Origin: Microthyrium microscopicum
Taxonomy: Eukaryota
Direction: 5' to 3'
Assembly (NCBI GenBank): GCA_010405405.1
Contig: MU004236.1
Coordinates: 446,576 to 510,575, forward strand
Length of the DNA: 64,000 bases
Part shown: in pieces, positions 1 to 11,448 of the stretch
How positions within the stretch are numbered: the first letter of the stretch is position 1
Layout: each line of letters opens with the position of its first letter
Program-made: the position numbers and the translations under genes
The notes under the pieces: model-generated
Seen by the model: the letters and a program-made list of their open reading frames with translations, nothing else
Database searches by the model: none
What the model was told of the DNA's origin: nothing

Positions 1-2138
1 ACATCCCAATACCGCTCCTTGAAGGCCTGGTATGCATTGGGGATATTAGCCTTTTCCTCGGCAACCAGGTCAACCATGCCTTCGATAACTCGCCATTCAT
101 CTCTGATAACATCAAAAGTCGTGAACTGCGAGAAAAAGTCAAAGACTGTGCTAATGTCGTCCCGGAACTTCTCGTTGAATGGGTCGGATCGTCGAAACTT
201 GACGCCTTTGTTTCGGACGCAGCCTAGATAGGCTACGAGCATACGGGTGGATAGTTCGGTCGCTAGAATGTCGTGAAGCGAAGGATGGAGAACGCTTCTG
301 TAGTCGTTGAGGTAGTCTTCGAATGTGGTCATGGCTTGTTTCATTCCGAGTTTGGTATACCAAGTTGGAGTAAAGAACTCTGCCAGTAGAATTTTAAAGT
401 CAATGGCGAAGATAAGTTGGGAGAAGACGCCCAAGCAATGGGTACTCAAATCAACATAGCCATCTTTGAGCGCCTCGAGCTGAGTAATTGACTTGGTCCA
501 ATATCCATCTGAGACGTACTGCTGCACATCCTGAGAGAATCGGGTCAGATATCCTAATCCACCTTCCGCATCGTCATCTATGCAGGCAATCTGGTCATTG
601 GCAATAGCAATGAGCCAGTCTTGGAAACCTTGGTACCCTCCGTCTTGTGATGCGTTGGCATCTTGATAATTGGCCAGGTCTTGATCAATCAGTTTCTCCC
701 ACATACGCTGTCTGTTCTGAAGGGCACGGAACATGGCATCCACAACACCTTCAACAATGTCTTCTCGGTCGCTCGAGCGAGCGACCTCCAGCTGTTGTGC
801 CAACATACGCCACATATCAGCCATGGTCTTGGTGCGAAAGCGTTCGTATTCATCCTGATCCAGTGCGTTCTCTTCGCGACTTTGAAAAGATATTGTGTCA
901 GTTCTTGCCATGCGGTCCATCCATTCATCCACAGCTTTGATGATGAGCTGCCGGTACTCGCGAATAAGCTCTCCAGCTCGATCATCAATCAAATGTGGAA
1001 CCTGCCAGTCTGTGGAAAGACCCAGTTTCTTCGTCTTTTCGTAGTAGTTGTCTGACCAATTCACAATAGAAAGCATTTGTGGAGGTCTCAACTCGGGATC
1101 ATCGATGAGTTGAATCAGCCAGTCGTGCATCATCCTATGATAAATGACGGCGTATGTTTGAAAAATCTTCCACTTCTTTGGCATCAAACTCGTCATGCCT
1201 AGTTTGACGGTATTGAGGTCATTAAACCACCACCTCAGAATCTTGAAGAGGTTATCTGGGCTTTCTTGAAAAGCGTTGGTCGTCTCCTCCCAATATGGCT
1301 CGGCATGGAGTTCTATACACTTCAAAAACTTTTCTTTGTATCCTCGTACTCCTTTCTGATTTGTTGTTATGCTTTCGAAACGTCCAGCGAGGTCCCTGTA
1401 CTCTTGTCGCGCGTCTTGAAGAGCCCTTGCTTTCTTGTCACTCTTTTCCTCTTCTTCAATGATAAGGGCAAGCCGAACCACCAGACCTGGGTTGTCTTCC
1501 ACGCAGCCAATCAAGTTCATACAAGTCACTCCAATGTGGTCGTCGAATCTGTCCACGGTTTGATCCAATCTGCCAAAGTATTCTTGAACCGTTGCGCCTG
1601 TAGCCAGCCGCAGGTTGTTGATAAGTTCTTCTGCAGATTCTCCCGCTCGCGAGACCTGATCCATCGCCGAGTCCTTTACATCCCGTAGTTTTGTGAGCTC
1701 ATGATGGATCGCGAGTAAGTTTGGCTGATTCTCCATATCCTGATCGTCCTCATCAAGCAGTCGCTCAATAACATCCAGCCTCTGATCAAACTCCTCCACA
1801 TCTTTACGCATGTTCTCCACTAATGAAAAGTTGCGATGTGTTGTTGACACCAAGTTTATATGCGGGAAATCGGTAATGAGCGTCTGGGCTTCGGCGCAGA
1901 GTTTGTCGATTTTCTGAAGCTCCGTCTTGATGAGTTCCACGGTTCGTTGGCCATCAGATATGGAGGTCATGCCCGCTTGAGTGACATTTAATTGTTCTTC
2001 CAGACCAATCCGTAGCTGGCCATCGACGGCGGCCTTCTTGCGCGTGAATTCGGCCTTGAGTGTAGGGATCTTGTCGAGGTCGTCAGGGTTGCGGAGGAGC
2101 TCCGCGAGCTTGACATTGACGGCTTCCACGTCATTCAT
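1..2138 (-). CDS. SEC6: Exocyst complex component Sec6 (3' end runs off the window)
   Basis: Manual translation from ATG 2138 gives MNDVEAVNVKLAELLRNPDDLDKIPTLKAEFTRKKAAVDGQLRIGLEEQL. The same frame is still open at 960-1140 (HRMMHDWLIQLIDDPELRPPQMLSIVNWSDNYY). Probably absent from the ORF track because it has no stop inside the window. Confidence 0.92.
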   Translation of the reverse strand, partial: MNDVEAVNVKLAELLRNPDDLDKIPTLKAEFTRKKAAVDGQLRIGLEEQLNVTQAGMTSISDGQRTVELIKTELQKIDKLCAEAQTLITDFPHINLVSTTHRNFSLVENMRKDVEEFDQRLDVIERLLDEDDQDMENQPNLLAIHHELTKLRDVKDSAMDQVSRAGESAEELINNLRLATGATVQEYFGRLDQTVDRFDDHIGVTCMNLIGCVEDNPGLVVRLALIIEEEEKSDKKARALQDARQEYRDLAGRFESITTNQKGVRGYKEKFLKCIELHAEPYWEETTNAFQESPDNLFKILRWWFNDLNTVKLGMTSLMPKKWKIFQTYAVIYHRMMHDWLIQLIDDPELRPPQMLSIVNWSDNYYEKTKKLGLSTDWQVPHLIDDRAGELIREYRQLIIKAVDEWMDRMARTDTISFQSREENALDQDEYERFRTKTMADMWRMLAQQLEVARSSDREDIVEGVVDAMFRALQNRQRMWEKLIDQDLANYQDANASQDGGYQGFQDWLIAIANDQIACIDDDAEGGLGYLTRFSQDVQQYVSDGYWTKSITQLEALKDGYVDLSTHCLGVFSQLIFAIDFKILLAEFFTPTWYTKLGMKQAMTTFEDYLNDYRSVLHPSLHDILATELSTRMLVAYLGCVRNKGVKFRRSDPFNEKFRDDISTVFDFFSQFTTFDVIRDEWRVIEGMVDLVAEEKANIPNAYQAFKERYWD

Positions 2139-2439
2139 GTTGAGTCGCTATCAGCGATGTCTGAATGTGCTCAAAAGTAGAAGAAATGAATGTGATGAGG
2201 TGTGGCTAGATTGGGAGTGGTGTTTGAAGCAAGAAGCATTGACAGCAAGAGGCCGAAGCTGTCCCGACTGGCGCTAGCGTGGGAGTTTCTTCTAAACTTT
2301 CTCCAATTCCATTGCGCATCAGATCCAACCACCAAAAAGTATCACCAACAATCAGAAAATCTCTTCAAAACGTAAGAACGAACCCTAGAGATATTTGCCA
2401 AGGTAAAGCATGCTAATTGATGTTAGACACTCCTTCAAA

Positions 2440-2730
2440 ATGTCCTCTCCAACATGGTTCCGAATCACCCTCATGCGATCCGCCATCGGTCTTCCCAGAC
2501 GAACACTAGGCATTCTCCGTGCTCTCGGCCTCAAGAAGCGAATGGCGGTGGTCTATCAGCCAGTCAGCCGTGACATCGCTGGTATGATCTTGAAGGTCAA
2601 GGAACTGGTCGATGTGGAAGAGGCAGACAGCTACATGAGCAAAGCACAAATCAAAGATTCAAGAAGACCCGATCCTGGATTCTACGTCGAGCAACGAGCA
2701 CCGCGCCCGCAACCACCTGCAACACAATAA
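2440..2730 (+). CDS. MRPL33: Mitochondrial large-subunit ribosomal protein L33 (uL30m)
   Basis: MSSPTWFRITLMRSAIGLPRRTLGILRALGLKKRMAVVYQPVS..AGMILKVKELVDV is an L30 signature. Probable 5'-UTR intron at 2372-2426. Confidence 0.92.
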   Translation: MSSPTWFRITLMRSAIGLPRRTLGILRALGLKKRMAVVYQPVSRDIAGMILKVKELVDVEEADSYMSKAQIKDSRRPDPGFYVEQRAPRPQPPATQ

Positions 2731-2934
2731 ATACTCAAGTCCGCAGACTCAAATTACTTTCGGGCGGAATGGCGCTTAGCATTCGTCGGTTTACTAAGTA
2801 CCACAGCAAGATTCATGATTCGTCAATTGTCATGGATTTTCGTGTCTAAGAGTAGTCATTGAAGACTGATAGGTATCAATTCTAAGGAATTCAGGACATC
2901 AGACATTATACAGGGAAAGGAAACAATAGTCTCA

Positions 2935-5254
2935 TCACGGGGTTGGCGGCAATTCACTCTCGCTGTCCATACCCATCAAACCCCCAGCAAGACCTTTCAT
3001 GCGCCGACCTAGAAGATCATCCTCACTCGCCAGACTCACCAAACTCTTGCGACTCTCACGTTGCTGACGTCTCGCCTGTAAGCTTGGCTTATTCTGTCGA
3101 CTATTGGGAATGTTATCCTTCTTAGCACTGCTAGCTTCCGAACCCGACCCGCTCTTCCTAGCTAGCGAAGCCGACGACTGATTAAGGCGCGTCATTTCCA
3201 GTGGCTTATCAAACTCATCCCCTGACGAGTCTGTTGTTTTGCGCCGATGATGGCGAATTCGGCCGTCCCAGATTGTGCTCCGTCGACGAGTCGAATTGTC
3301 TGGCTCAGCTGGAGATACAAGTCCAGAGGCAATGTCTTCCTTGCTGTCAAAGCCGTCAAGGATCCAGTCTGCACATCGTGATATATACTTCCAGCCATCT
3401 GGGAAGACACCCGGAAATTGCAAGAAGCCGTGCGAGATGCCTGGGATAAGCGCGACTTGGACAACTTCTGATTCCCGGAAATGTTGTGATTGTTTGATGG
3501 CGCCAACTTCCTGGCGTTCCAAATGTCGTGCTCGTTGAGCTTGTCGTAGTCGACCGGCAAAGATTACGGTGTCGTCGACGAGGGGATCTCGCTCACCAGT
3601 AATTATATATGTTTTGGGAAAGACAGCTAGGAGGGAGTCCGGCGCAAGAAGAGGAGATAGTAGGTAGTCGGTGCTAAAATCAGGTCGATTATGAGGTCCA
3701 ATGTAAAGAATAATCATTGCTCGCATCATTTCAGGTCCCAGAACCCTGTCATTGAAGTATGAAATCATAGAAGACATTGCCAATCGAGTTTTCATGGCGA
3801 CTGGCTTTGGAGCGGCTGCTTCAGTGGTTGATTTTACGGCCTTGGAGTTTGGTATATGTGCTGCTGCAGGGTGGACTTTCTCCTTTGCTAATTCAGATGC
3901 TGGCACCACAGTAACGACGCTGTCATTAGCTGCGACGCCCGTTCGACTTCGAGACTCTGGAGTCGAGTCATCATCGTCCATTTCATCAGAGGAATGGTGA
4001 GGCGTTGATGGGGTAAGATTTCGATAGTCTTGGCTCTTTCTGCTTAGGACTGCCTTGTTGACATTACGATTGCGCCGATCATTAATCAGCGCCATTTGTT
4101 CGTCAGTCATCCAATTCCCAATATTGCAGTCCAACGCCGGATATATCAAAAGAACACAGTCCGGGAATGGAAGAGTCTTCTCACCGTGCCATCGTCGTGG
4201 ATCGCTGGCGGATTGCAAGATCATCAACACCAAACCTGCAGCCAAGTTGCCTCCGGCGCTGTCTCCAGATACCACTATACGTGGCACGTCGTTTCCAGAC
4301 ATGCCGATACACTTGCCATGAGTGGCGATTAGCTTATGGTAGGCATCATAGCATTCGTTCAGTGCATAAGGGTAGGGAAACTCGGGCGCTTTCTTGTAGT
4401 CCAGACTAAGAACTGGAAGACCAGTCTTTCCTGCCCAGGCCATAAGTTTGTCATCGTGTGTTCTCGGGCTCATTGCGACAAATCCACCCCCGGGAATATC
4501 GAGGACAATCTTGTCATGGTTTTTGAGATCCTCGAGTGGACCTTCAAAATAAAGCCAGGCATTAATCGGCTCAGTGTATACTGATGTCTGAGGTCGTTGT
4601 ATGCGCATCTTCCTTGGTGGCCATTTCATGAATCGAGGCCGCATTGCAGCCGTAATAAACTTCAAGTATGGTGTTAGAGGCTTGTTCCAGCTAACCCTGA
4701 GGTGGTCCACTGTCAGCATGCCTCTGACTTTACGAACTTTCTCATCTGCTTGTTCAGCCGCTATTAGGTAGTAGGCAGAGAAGACGACGGAAAGCAAGTC
4801 GCGGGCCCATTTTGGTCGGATTTTCATGGCGGTCCAGAACCCGGCGTCCAGTGCGGTTGTGACCCATGTTGCTCGGAAGTATGCGCGTGAATAGAGATTG
4901 GCGAGAGGTTCGGGGCACTCGAGGCTAACGAGTTTGCCAAAGTTGCGGGCAATGTAGAGCCATAGGAGAGTGATGACTACTGTCTGCCAGACTGTCAATC
5001 TACGAGATAGCAGGGCTGATAGGCGGCGGATTGCGGGAGGGCCATTAGCATCGCCTCTACAACAAATTATGAGATCGAAACATCAAAACAGTTTGCTGAA
5101 TGCGACATACTTGTAAAGATAAAGAGACCAGAGACCAAGTACGGCAAATACTTGGTATTTCCGGAACTTCACCGATGGTCGTCCTAGAACATGATCTGTT
5201 ACATGTGAGTTATCCTGTTATCTGCGATAGCTAACACGAGCACAAACCGATCAT
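2935..5254 (-). CDS. Hormone-sensitive-lipase-like alpha/beta hydrolase with N-terminal membrane segments (2 introns)
   Basis: Spliced start MIDHVLGRPSVKFRKYQVFAVLGLWSLYLYK (introns ~5197-5247 and ~5058-5110). Motifs PGGGF, GDSAGG, DPLVDD and HGF give the oxyanion hole and catalytic triad. Confidence 0.88.
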
Positions 5255-6182
5255 AGCGCGATGGTATTATGAGGAGGAATAGGATATTGTCATGTCTAAT
5301 GCAAGGAATGTAGGCGTGAAGATGTGTATCACAACGAAGAGTGAGATTAGCCAGACATGCAGAATGGCTCGCAGAGGTATTGCCAAAATGAAGATGGTAA
5401 GATTTAGGAAAGCGCAGCCGTAAAGGGATGACACGAATAACAGTATCCCCTGCTTCTTTGATCAAGGGTGAAAATGATGGAAATGGATGAAGCTGATTGA
5501 ATGCATGCCACGTTCACATGCCAAACATGTGAAGGCGCAAGTGACGACAGACTTCTGCAGTCTGCAGTCTCCTCGTGGCGCGTGTCCCAACCATCCAACT
5601 TCACTTCATCCACGATCCATTCGCTGACCTTTCCAAGCTTTCGTCTTTCTTCGGTTGGATATTTTTTTGTTCTCGGTGTTGTATGGTTGAAGCCAAGTTT
5701 TAACTCTACGCCCAGATCACTGGCTCAGAATATGTCAACTTCTTCACGCCTCCTGCCTCGCCCGTCAACCGCACTGGCTACCACAACCTCTTCTTAAAAT
5801 AAGATGCTATATCGATGAGACTTATATATACAATCGAGCTCTTTGGTCGACAAAGCACTCGATAATAGCGGAGTGGATGGGGAACGTCGCGGTCCATGGC
5901 AGGGGTACTTGCTAGCACCATTGTATGCTTCTTGGCTAGAGTACACTAGATATTCTTCTCAGAAATGACGGCAATCAAATAGTCAATGGATGTATCTTGG
6001 TCGATTACCTTTTCAGATACCGCTGGCTAGGTTTACTAAAAGGTTTACTTGACCCCAAGGAGAATAGGCACACGTTTGGTGATTATGCGATTCGGGTCCT
6101 CTATTGACTACCGTATCCTATCGTCCTGTTTGGGCACATACTTCTTTTTTGCGTCATTGATTTTCTTTCTACAGATCTAACC

Positions 6183-6944
6183 ATGCGCAACAATGGTTTT
6201 CCAATCGCTACTTCGTTCTTGATCCTGAAGCATTCTGCAGCTCAAGTAGAAGCCGCAACATGGAAGCAACGAGTATCATCAGTATATCCTACGTTCCAAG
6301 CTCGATGTCACAGAGTACTGATAACGAATAAGACAACTTGAAGTTGAGAGACCTGATAACTATATATTCGCTCTACAGACACGCAAACAAGCTACAGTCA
6401 TTGACCAACATTACAAGAGCAAATACCCGAGTGACAGGCAGTATTGGCCACAATATGACCATGGACTACATAATCGACCAACTAGAAGTAGCCAACACCG
6501 ACGGGTATTACAATGTGACTTTGCAGCCGTTCGAGGTTCTTGTGCACCGAAACGCCAGTGGATCCTTGATTGCCAACGGCCAAGATCAAATGTCCTTGAT
6601 GATGGCACGGCGGTCCAAAAATGTGCAGAATCGTGCGCCTTTGGTCTTTGTTCTGAATTCTGGATTCAATCAGGTATGTTCGAACTCATACTCGTTGTGT
6701 CTGTTGGGACTAATCATATCATTCTGACTATGTCTCTTCAGGTTGCGGTAAAATTGTTTTTCTCAGGCAAGGCGTCTGTGATATAGGTGAAAAATCAAGA
6801 CTGGCTGGCAAATCTGGTGCGGTAGCTCTAGTCGAGTTTCTGGATGGCCTTGAAAAAATATTTTTGCCATCTTTGCCAGGAGATGATACTGCCAGATCTG
6901 AGAATGTTCCAACAGCTGCAATAAGCCGAGAAGAGGGTATTTAG
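6183..6944 (+). pseudogene. Truncated aminopeptidase Y-like (M28, PA domain) relic
   Basis: Translates as ..LITIYSLYRHANKLQ..RVTGSIGHNMTMDYI..GYYNVTLQPF, then PA-like SDYVSSGCGKIVFLRQGVCDIGEKSRLAGKSGAVA..VPTAAISREEG. TAG at 6942; no catalytic M28 domain follows. The expected splice acceptor reads CAT at 6720-6722. Confidence 0.7.
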
Positions 6945-7525
6945 CTGGAGCATATGTGAAGATTAGGAAGATACGTCAACGCCAATCTAATCTTGTACGG
7001 ATAATTAAAACCTCAAGGCACAAGCAGAAATATTTGGAGGCACGGAAGGTATTGAATACGATGAGAATTACCACACGCCAAAGGATGATATTACGAATCT
7101 GGATTTGGTTGCTTGACTTGCGAACACCAACGCAATTGCTCACGCCGTTTTAACGTTTGGTAAGTCTCGTTTTTGCTTCAGATGTATGTTTTTTTTACGA
7201 CATGAAATTTGCTCCAATACTCCAACACCCCATGGTTCCCATACCATATTTTCAGCATCCCAGTAATAACATTTGATTTAGGCATTTCCAGATTCGTGTA
7301 ACGGCGCAAAGACTACTCGAAGAGGCAAGACCACATGAAGCGAATCAAATAGAACTTAAATTTCAACACCGTCACGATTGCCAAAATTGGTAGACAAAAA
7401 GTCAATTCTAGTTTTCTAACAACATTATTATCCAAACCACCCCGCCGTGTATGCTATGATATGCTGAGGACAATGCCATGCCTGAATTTTTGAAGATGAG
7501 CATGAGCTCGGACTGCGTATATGGT

Positions 7526-8326
7526 TCAAGCGTTCTGAACAGCAATTTCGAAGTTCACCTCACCAAGGTGGTTGCGAAGGAATTCGAGAAGAACAGTATT
7601 GTCAAGGACTTCTTCCTGAAGATCATGAATCTCATCACGGGCCATGCTCAACTCCTTCTCTTTGCGACGCAACTCCTCCATCAGCTGCTGAATTTGATGC
7701 TGAGCCATCAACTTCTGATTCTGCTCCTCACCGGCCTGACGAGCGGCCGCAATCCGCTCGACCGTCATCTGGTGAAGGTCGTTGCTCAGAGCAACGATGT
7801 GATGGATATGAGTATCAATGATACTTAACCAGTGGTCATGGGTCTGAGCAACCGGAATGGTGCCAGTACCACGACCGCGATTTGGCGTGATTTGCGCCGC
7901 AGGGGAGGAGAGGTGAGCAACTCCGGTATTCGCATCCGCAGTGCCGCTCACAGGCTGAGCCTCAACGACGAACGGGTCTGCGCCCGCAGCTGCAACGGCA
8001 GCGGTATTAGAGCCTAGGCTCAGGATGGGTAGAGAGCCAACAGACTCATTGGGAGTGTGGGAGGGACGGTCGCCCACACTGGCAGGTGGCTCACGAGCCA
8101 TTCCACCCAGGAAGCCCTCCACCTTCATGATGGTGTCTGCCGGGTCAAGGGGTCCGTTGTTGGTAAGAGTTGCTTCGTCAGACATAGGAAGCTGCTGGCT
8201 CATCGGGACATGTTCGGTGATCTGGCCAGTGACATGGTCGTCAATGACTGGCAATGCATCACCAGTATCATCGACATTGTCACTGACAGTGCTCAGTGGC
8301 AATTCGATCTTGTGAGCTGCGCTCAT
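7526..8326 (-). CDS. Hypothetical protein, low-complexity N-terminus and C-terminal coiled coil
   Basis: Long ORF. ATG 8326 follows a GTATGT..CTAAC..CAG 5'-UTR intron (~8341-8390). C-terminal heptads QIQQLMEELRRKEKELSMARDEIHDLQEEV. Confidence 0.65.
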   Translation of the reverse strand: MSAAHKIELPLSTVSDNVDDTGDALPVIDDHVTGQITEHVPMSQQLPMSDEATLTNNGPLDPADTIMKVEGFLGGMAREPPASVGDRPSHTPNESVGSLPILSLGSNTAAVAAAGADPFVVEAQPVSGTADANTGVAHLSSPAAQITPNRGRGTGTIPVAQTHDHWLSIIDTHIHHIVALSNDLHQMTVERIAAARQAGEEQNQKLMAQHQIQQLMEELRRKEKELSMARDEIHDLQEEVLDNTVLLEFLRNHLGEVNFEIAVQNA

Positions 8327-9642
8327 GGCAGCTTTGGTGACTGTGACTTTTGTTAGATTCGCAGTGAAATCAGGCTCCAAGGTAACATACCGTCAGTAGT
8401 TGCAATGGCTGGAGTGATTTCGTTGGCGAGAGAAGACATGTTGATAGATGCGAGGATGTTCTTGGACTTGAGAGGAAGCGTTTTTCGGAACTGAGCAGTT
8501 TGAGCGCGAGTACTTGGTCTTTAGGTAGCTGTTTTATGCGAGGTTGTTGTGTATGAGCATGATGATATTGAGGTGCGGATGGTGAGCGAGAAGATGTGAA
8601 TTTAAACTGTGCGTGATGAAGGTTCGCACCATGCGCATTGGCCATTGACAAAGCTAGCCGGCTCACCTGGTCAAGGTTCATGAGGAGCTAGAGCAAGAAC
8701 GATAAGTGCTCTTTGGCTCAACGGTGACTGACCACGATGTGCCTTCTTGAGGCCGGCCTCATAGTCGCCACGGTTGGTGCCTCAGTAGGTACCTATTGTG
8801 GTCTGAGGTCACGATAAGGCTGAAACACACGGACGAGTAGAGCCAACCATTGATTGCGATGGGCGCATTGTGATAAGAGAGTGCAGCATGACTGGCGTAA
8901 GCTATTTGATAGCGATTGTCGTTGTCCAAATTGGTTTTAGTCAAGAAAATCTCAGACCGATCTGGTGGTTCAATGGACCGGGATGACTTGGAATTGGCCA
9001 CGAGCACTTGCCATAACACACAAAGGGCCTAACCCGATCTCAGATAGCCAGTATATCATTAGCGAGTCTTTCCTGTCTATCGAGAAGTAGGTTTGCGACT
9101 GGCGATGCCATTGTGCAGAACACAACAGGTGGTCAGAGATATATATGAAAGCTGGGACAAGACATTATGCTTAACATGACAGCCAGTGAGCTAGAATACT
9201 GAAGGAACAACGCAATAAGCCCCTATAATGAGGTTTGGCAATGTTTGCGGACATGTCGTGTTGCAGTGTTAGACTTCTGTGCTTCGTACACGCAACGGCC
9301 CACCATGGTGCTATGGCCGACCCTTTAGTTTCTTGCGCATCCATATCTGAAAAAAGAATACAACATCAAGCTATACAAACCTTTAGGAAACATCCGCAGG
9401 TGTCGCTCGCGCCAATTGTTCAGAAATGCGCAGTCACTTCCATACCTTACAGCCTTATACGCCCGTATTCGCCGGACCACGGAACCACAGAAATACAAGT
9501 CAAATATCCCTAGGATGAATTCTGTTTCCAGGAGAATGTTGAGCATTACACGCGTTTATTATCGCTGAAGAAAACACTTACACACTGACGGGTGATACAT
9601 TGAGACAGAGCCTAGAAGAACAGAGCGGAATGAAGGAAGACT

Positions 9643-10579
9643 CTACTTCTCTAGAGTACCAACAATAAAAGGCACCGAGTGGAAGGGACTGACATATTGC
9701 AGATCGAACTTCCTCCAACCTGTTTCCCCTGCAGCCTTGCGTAACGACGCAACCGTATCCCTATTGACCTCACAGCCACCGAGCCACAAATTCCACCCGC
9801 ATAATAGCATGAACTTTTGGGTCGCCCATCCAGTGAAGGAACCAGCGTTGGGCCAGGGAGAACGGATATGTTCGCAGACAATCATATGACCTCCAGGTTT
9901 CAGCAGACGATAAAGTTGTTCGGCAGTCTCTGCCTGGTTAGGAACTCCGCAAAGAACTCGCGTGCTCAAGATGGTGTCAAATATGCCATCAACGGTGCTG
10001 CCATCCGTCTTGATGAGCCCTTCCTTTGCAAGCGCTGGAATGAGTGTCTTGGCTTCAGCTCCAGCTGACAGGATTTTGTACTGGTCAGTCAATCCAGCCT
10101 TGTTGATGTATTGTTGCAACTTGGGATGCATGTCAATGGCCGGCTCTGGACCATATGCCATGGTGATCTTGGATTTGTCGAGAAATCGAAGAAGAGAACC
10201 AGTGCCTGGGCCAATATCAAGAACTACACCGCTGGCGTCTTTGATGAGTTTCGTGCTAGCTCCTGGTAGCTCCTCTGACATGGCATCACCATATTGATCC
10301 CAAAGTTTCGCAAACTTGCAGAAGTTAGCAGAATAAATGCGAACGATAGAACAACTCATACAGCTCGATGCCTGAAGGCTTGAAAGTCAGTGGTCAACAG
10401 CAAAGGTGTTTGTAAGAGCTGCAATATAAAGACTTAACCATTAGCGAAGGTTGGATAATGTGAGACAATGACTAACACCTTGCGCCGTGGAAAACTAGTA
10501 CGGCCGGCATGAACCCATCCATAAGTCTTTGCGCGAAAGGTGGCCATGGTTCGTCAGTGATCCTAGGATCGTGAGACAT
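9643..10579 (-). CDS. SAM-dependent methyltransferase (type 11, METTL7-like), 2 introns
   Basis: Motif I VVLDIGPGTG, plus FDTILSTRVLCGV and LLKPGG..EH. Spliced N-terminus MSHDPRITDEPWPPFAQRLMDGFMPAVLVFHGAR-FFILQLLQTP..RHRA-FAKLW. Confidence 0.87.
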
Positions 10580-11206
10580 GATTGCGATGGTCTTGTGAGT
10601 CTGGAACGGAGAAGAGGCCAAGGTGATATTGTCTTGACTTCAAGTATAAATTATATGCAATAGTTCAGCCAAAGCGGCGGGTGGACTCGGCGTTGGAAGA
10701 AGAACCAAAGGATTTGGGCGAGATCTTCTATTTATACTGGGACTTGGCCTAGCGCACACATACAAGTTAGTCATTACTCGAGCTTGTACGGTACATAAAG
10801 TACCCTTGCTCAAGTGTAACTTTGGAACTGTAATTGGTTAATGGCTCCGCATTCCACTTCCTGAGTATCTAATGCGGAGCACGTTGAACCCTTTCCATGT
10901 AAGATCCCTTCCGATCATTATCAATACACCTACCTAGGAAGAGCCTGGATGTAGCTGATGTATGGTATTGCACCATACCTGTTGTTCAATGTTGATATTG
11001 ACAGATCATATGCTGCAAGTTGATTGACGAAGAACACGTGGTAGACTATGAAGAAGCTGTGATAACCTGACGTGCAGGCTTACGGGCTCTCCAATTAACA
11101 AATCCCGAGCTATACCTCGCCGACTAGTATGGTGTTGAGGTCGCCGCTGACAGAGAGAAGATGAAGTTGAAATAAGAGCATGTTTACAGGGGTAGTCCAC
11201 GTGATA

Positions 11207-11257
11207 GCGCGCGTATTGCGCGTGGCGCGTCAGATCGCGCCGCCAACCTCGACGCGT
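11207..11257. promoter_or_regulatory. Cluster of MCB-like (CGCG/ACGCGT) elements upstream of MMS22
   Basis: Five CGCG cores in ~50 bp, including a perfect ACGCGT at 11252-11257, ~190-240 bp upstream of a replication/repair gene. Confidence 0.6.
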
Positions 11258-11448
11258 TCTTCAACCTCGAACCACATTTAGACCATCACATTAAGTGTTG
11301 AGTCTTCAATTTTTTGAGACAACTACCTCCACATACTTCACTAGTCAAAATCCGCCGCTACCTGCCTTGTTCCTCAAACAATCCTTTGCACAACCACTCA
11401 AGGGCTAGCCATTTTCGACATGCAACCAATTACACTACCACGGTAGGC

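Noticed and set aside
8370..9546. Several 70-100-codon ORFs between the coiled-coil gene and the methyltransferase
   Set aside because: No consistent exon chain or motif. Compatible with chance ORFs.
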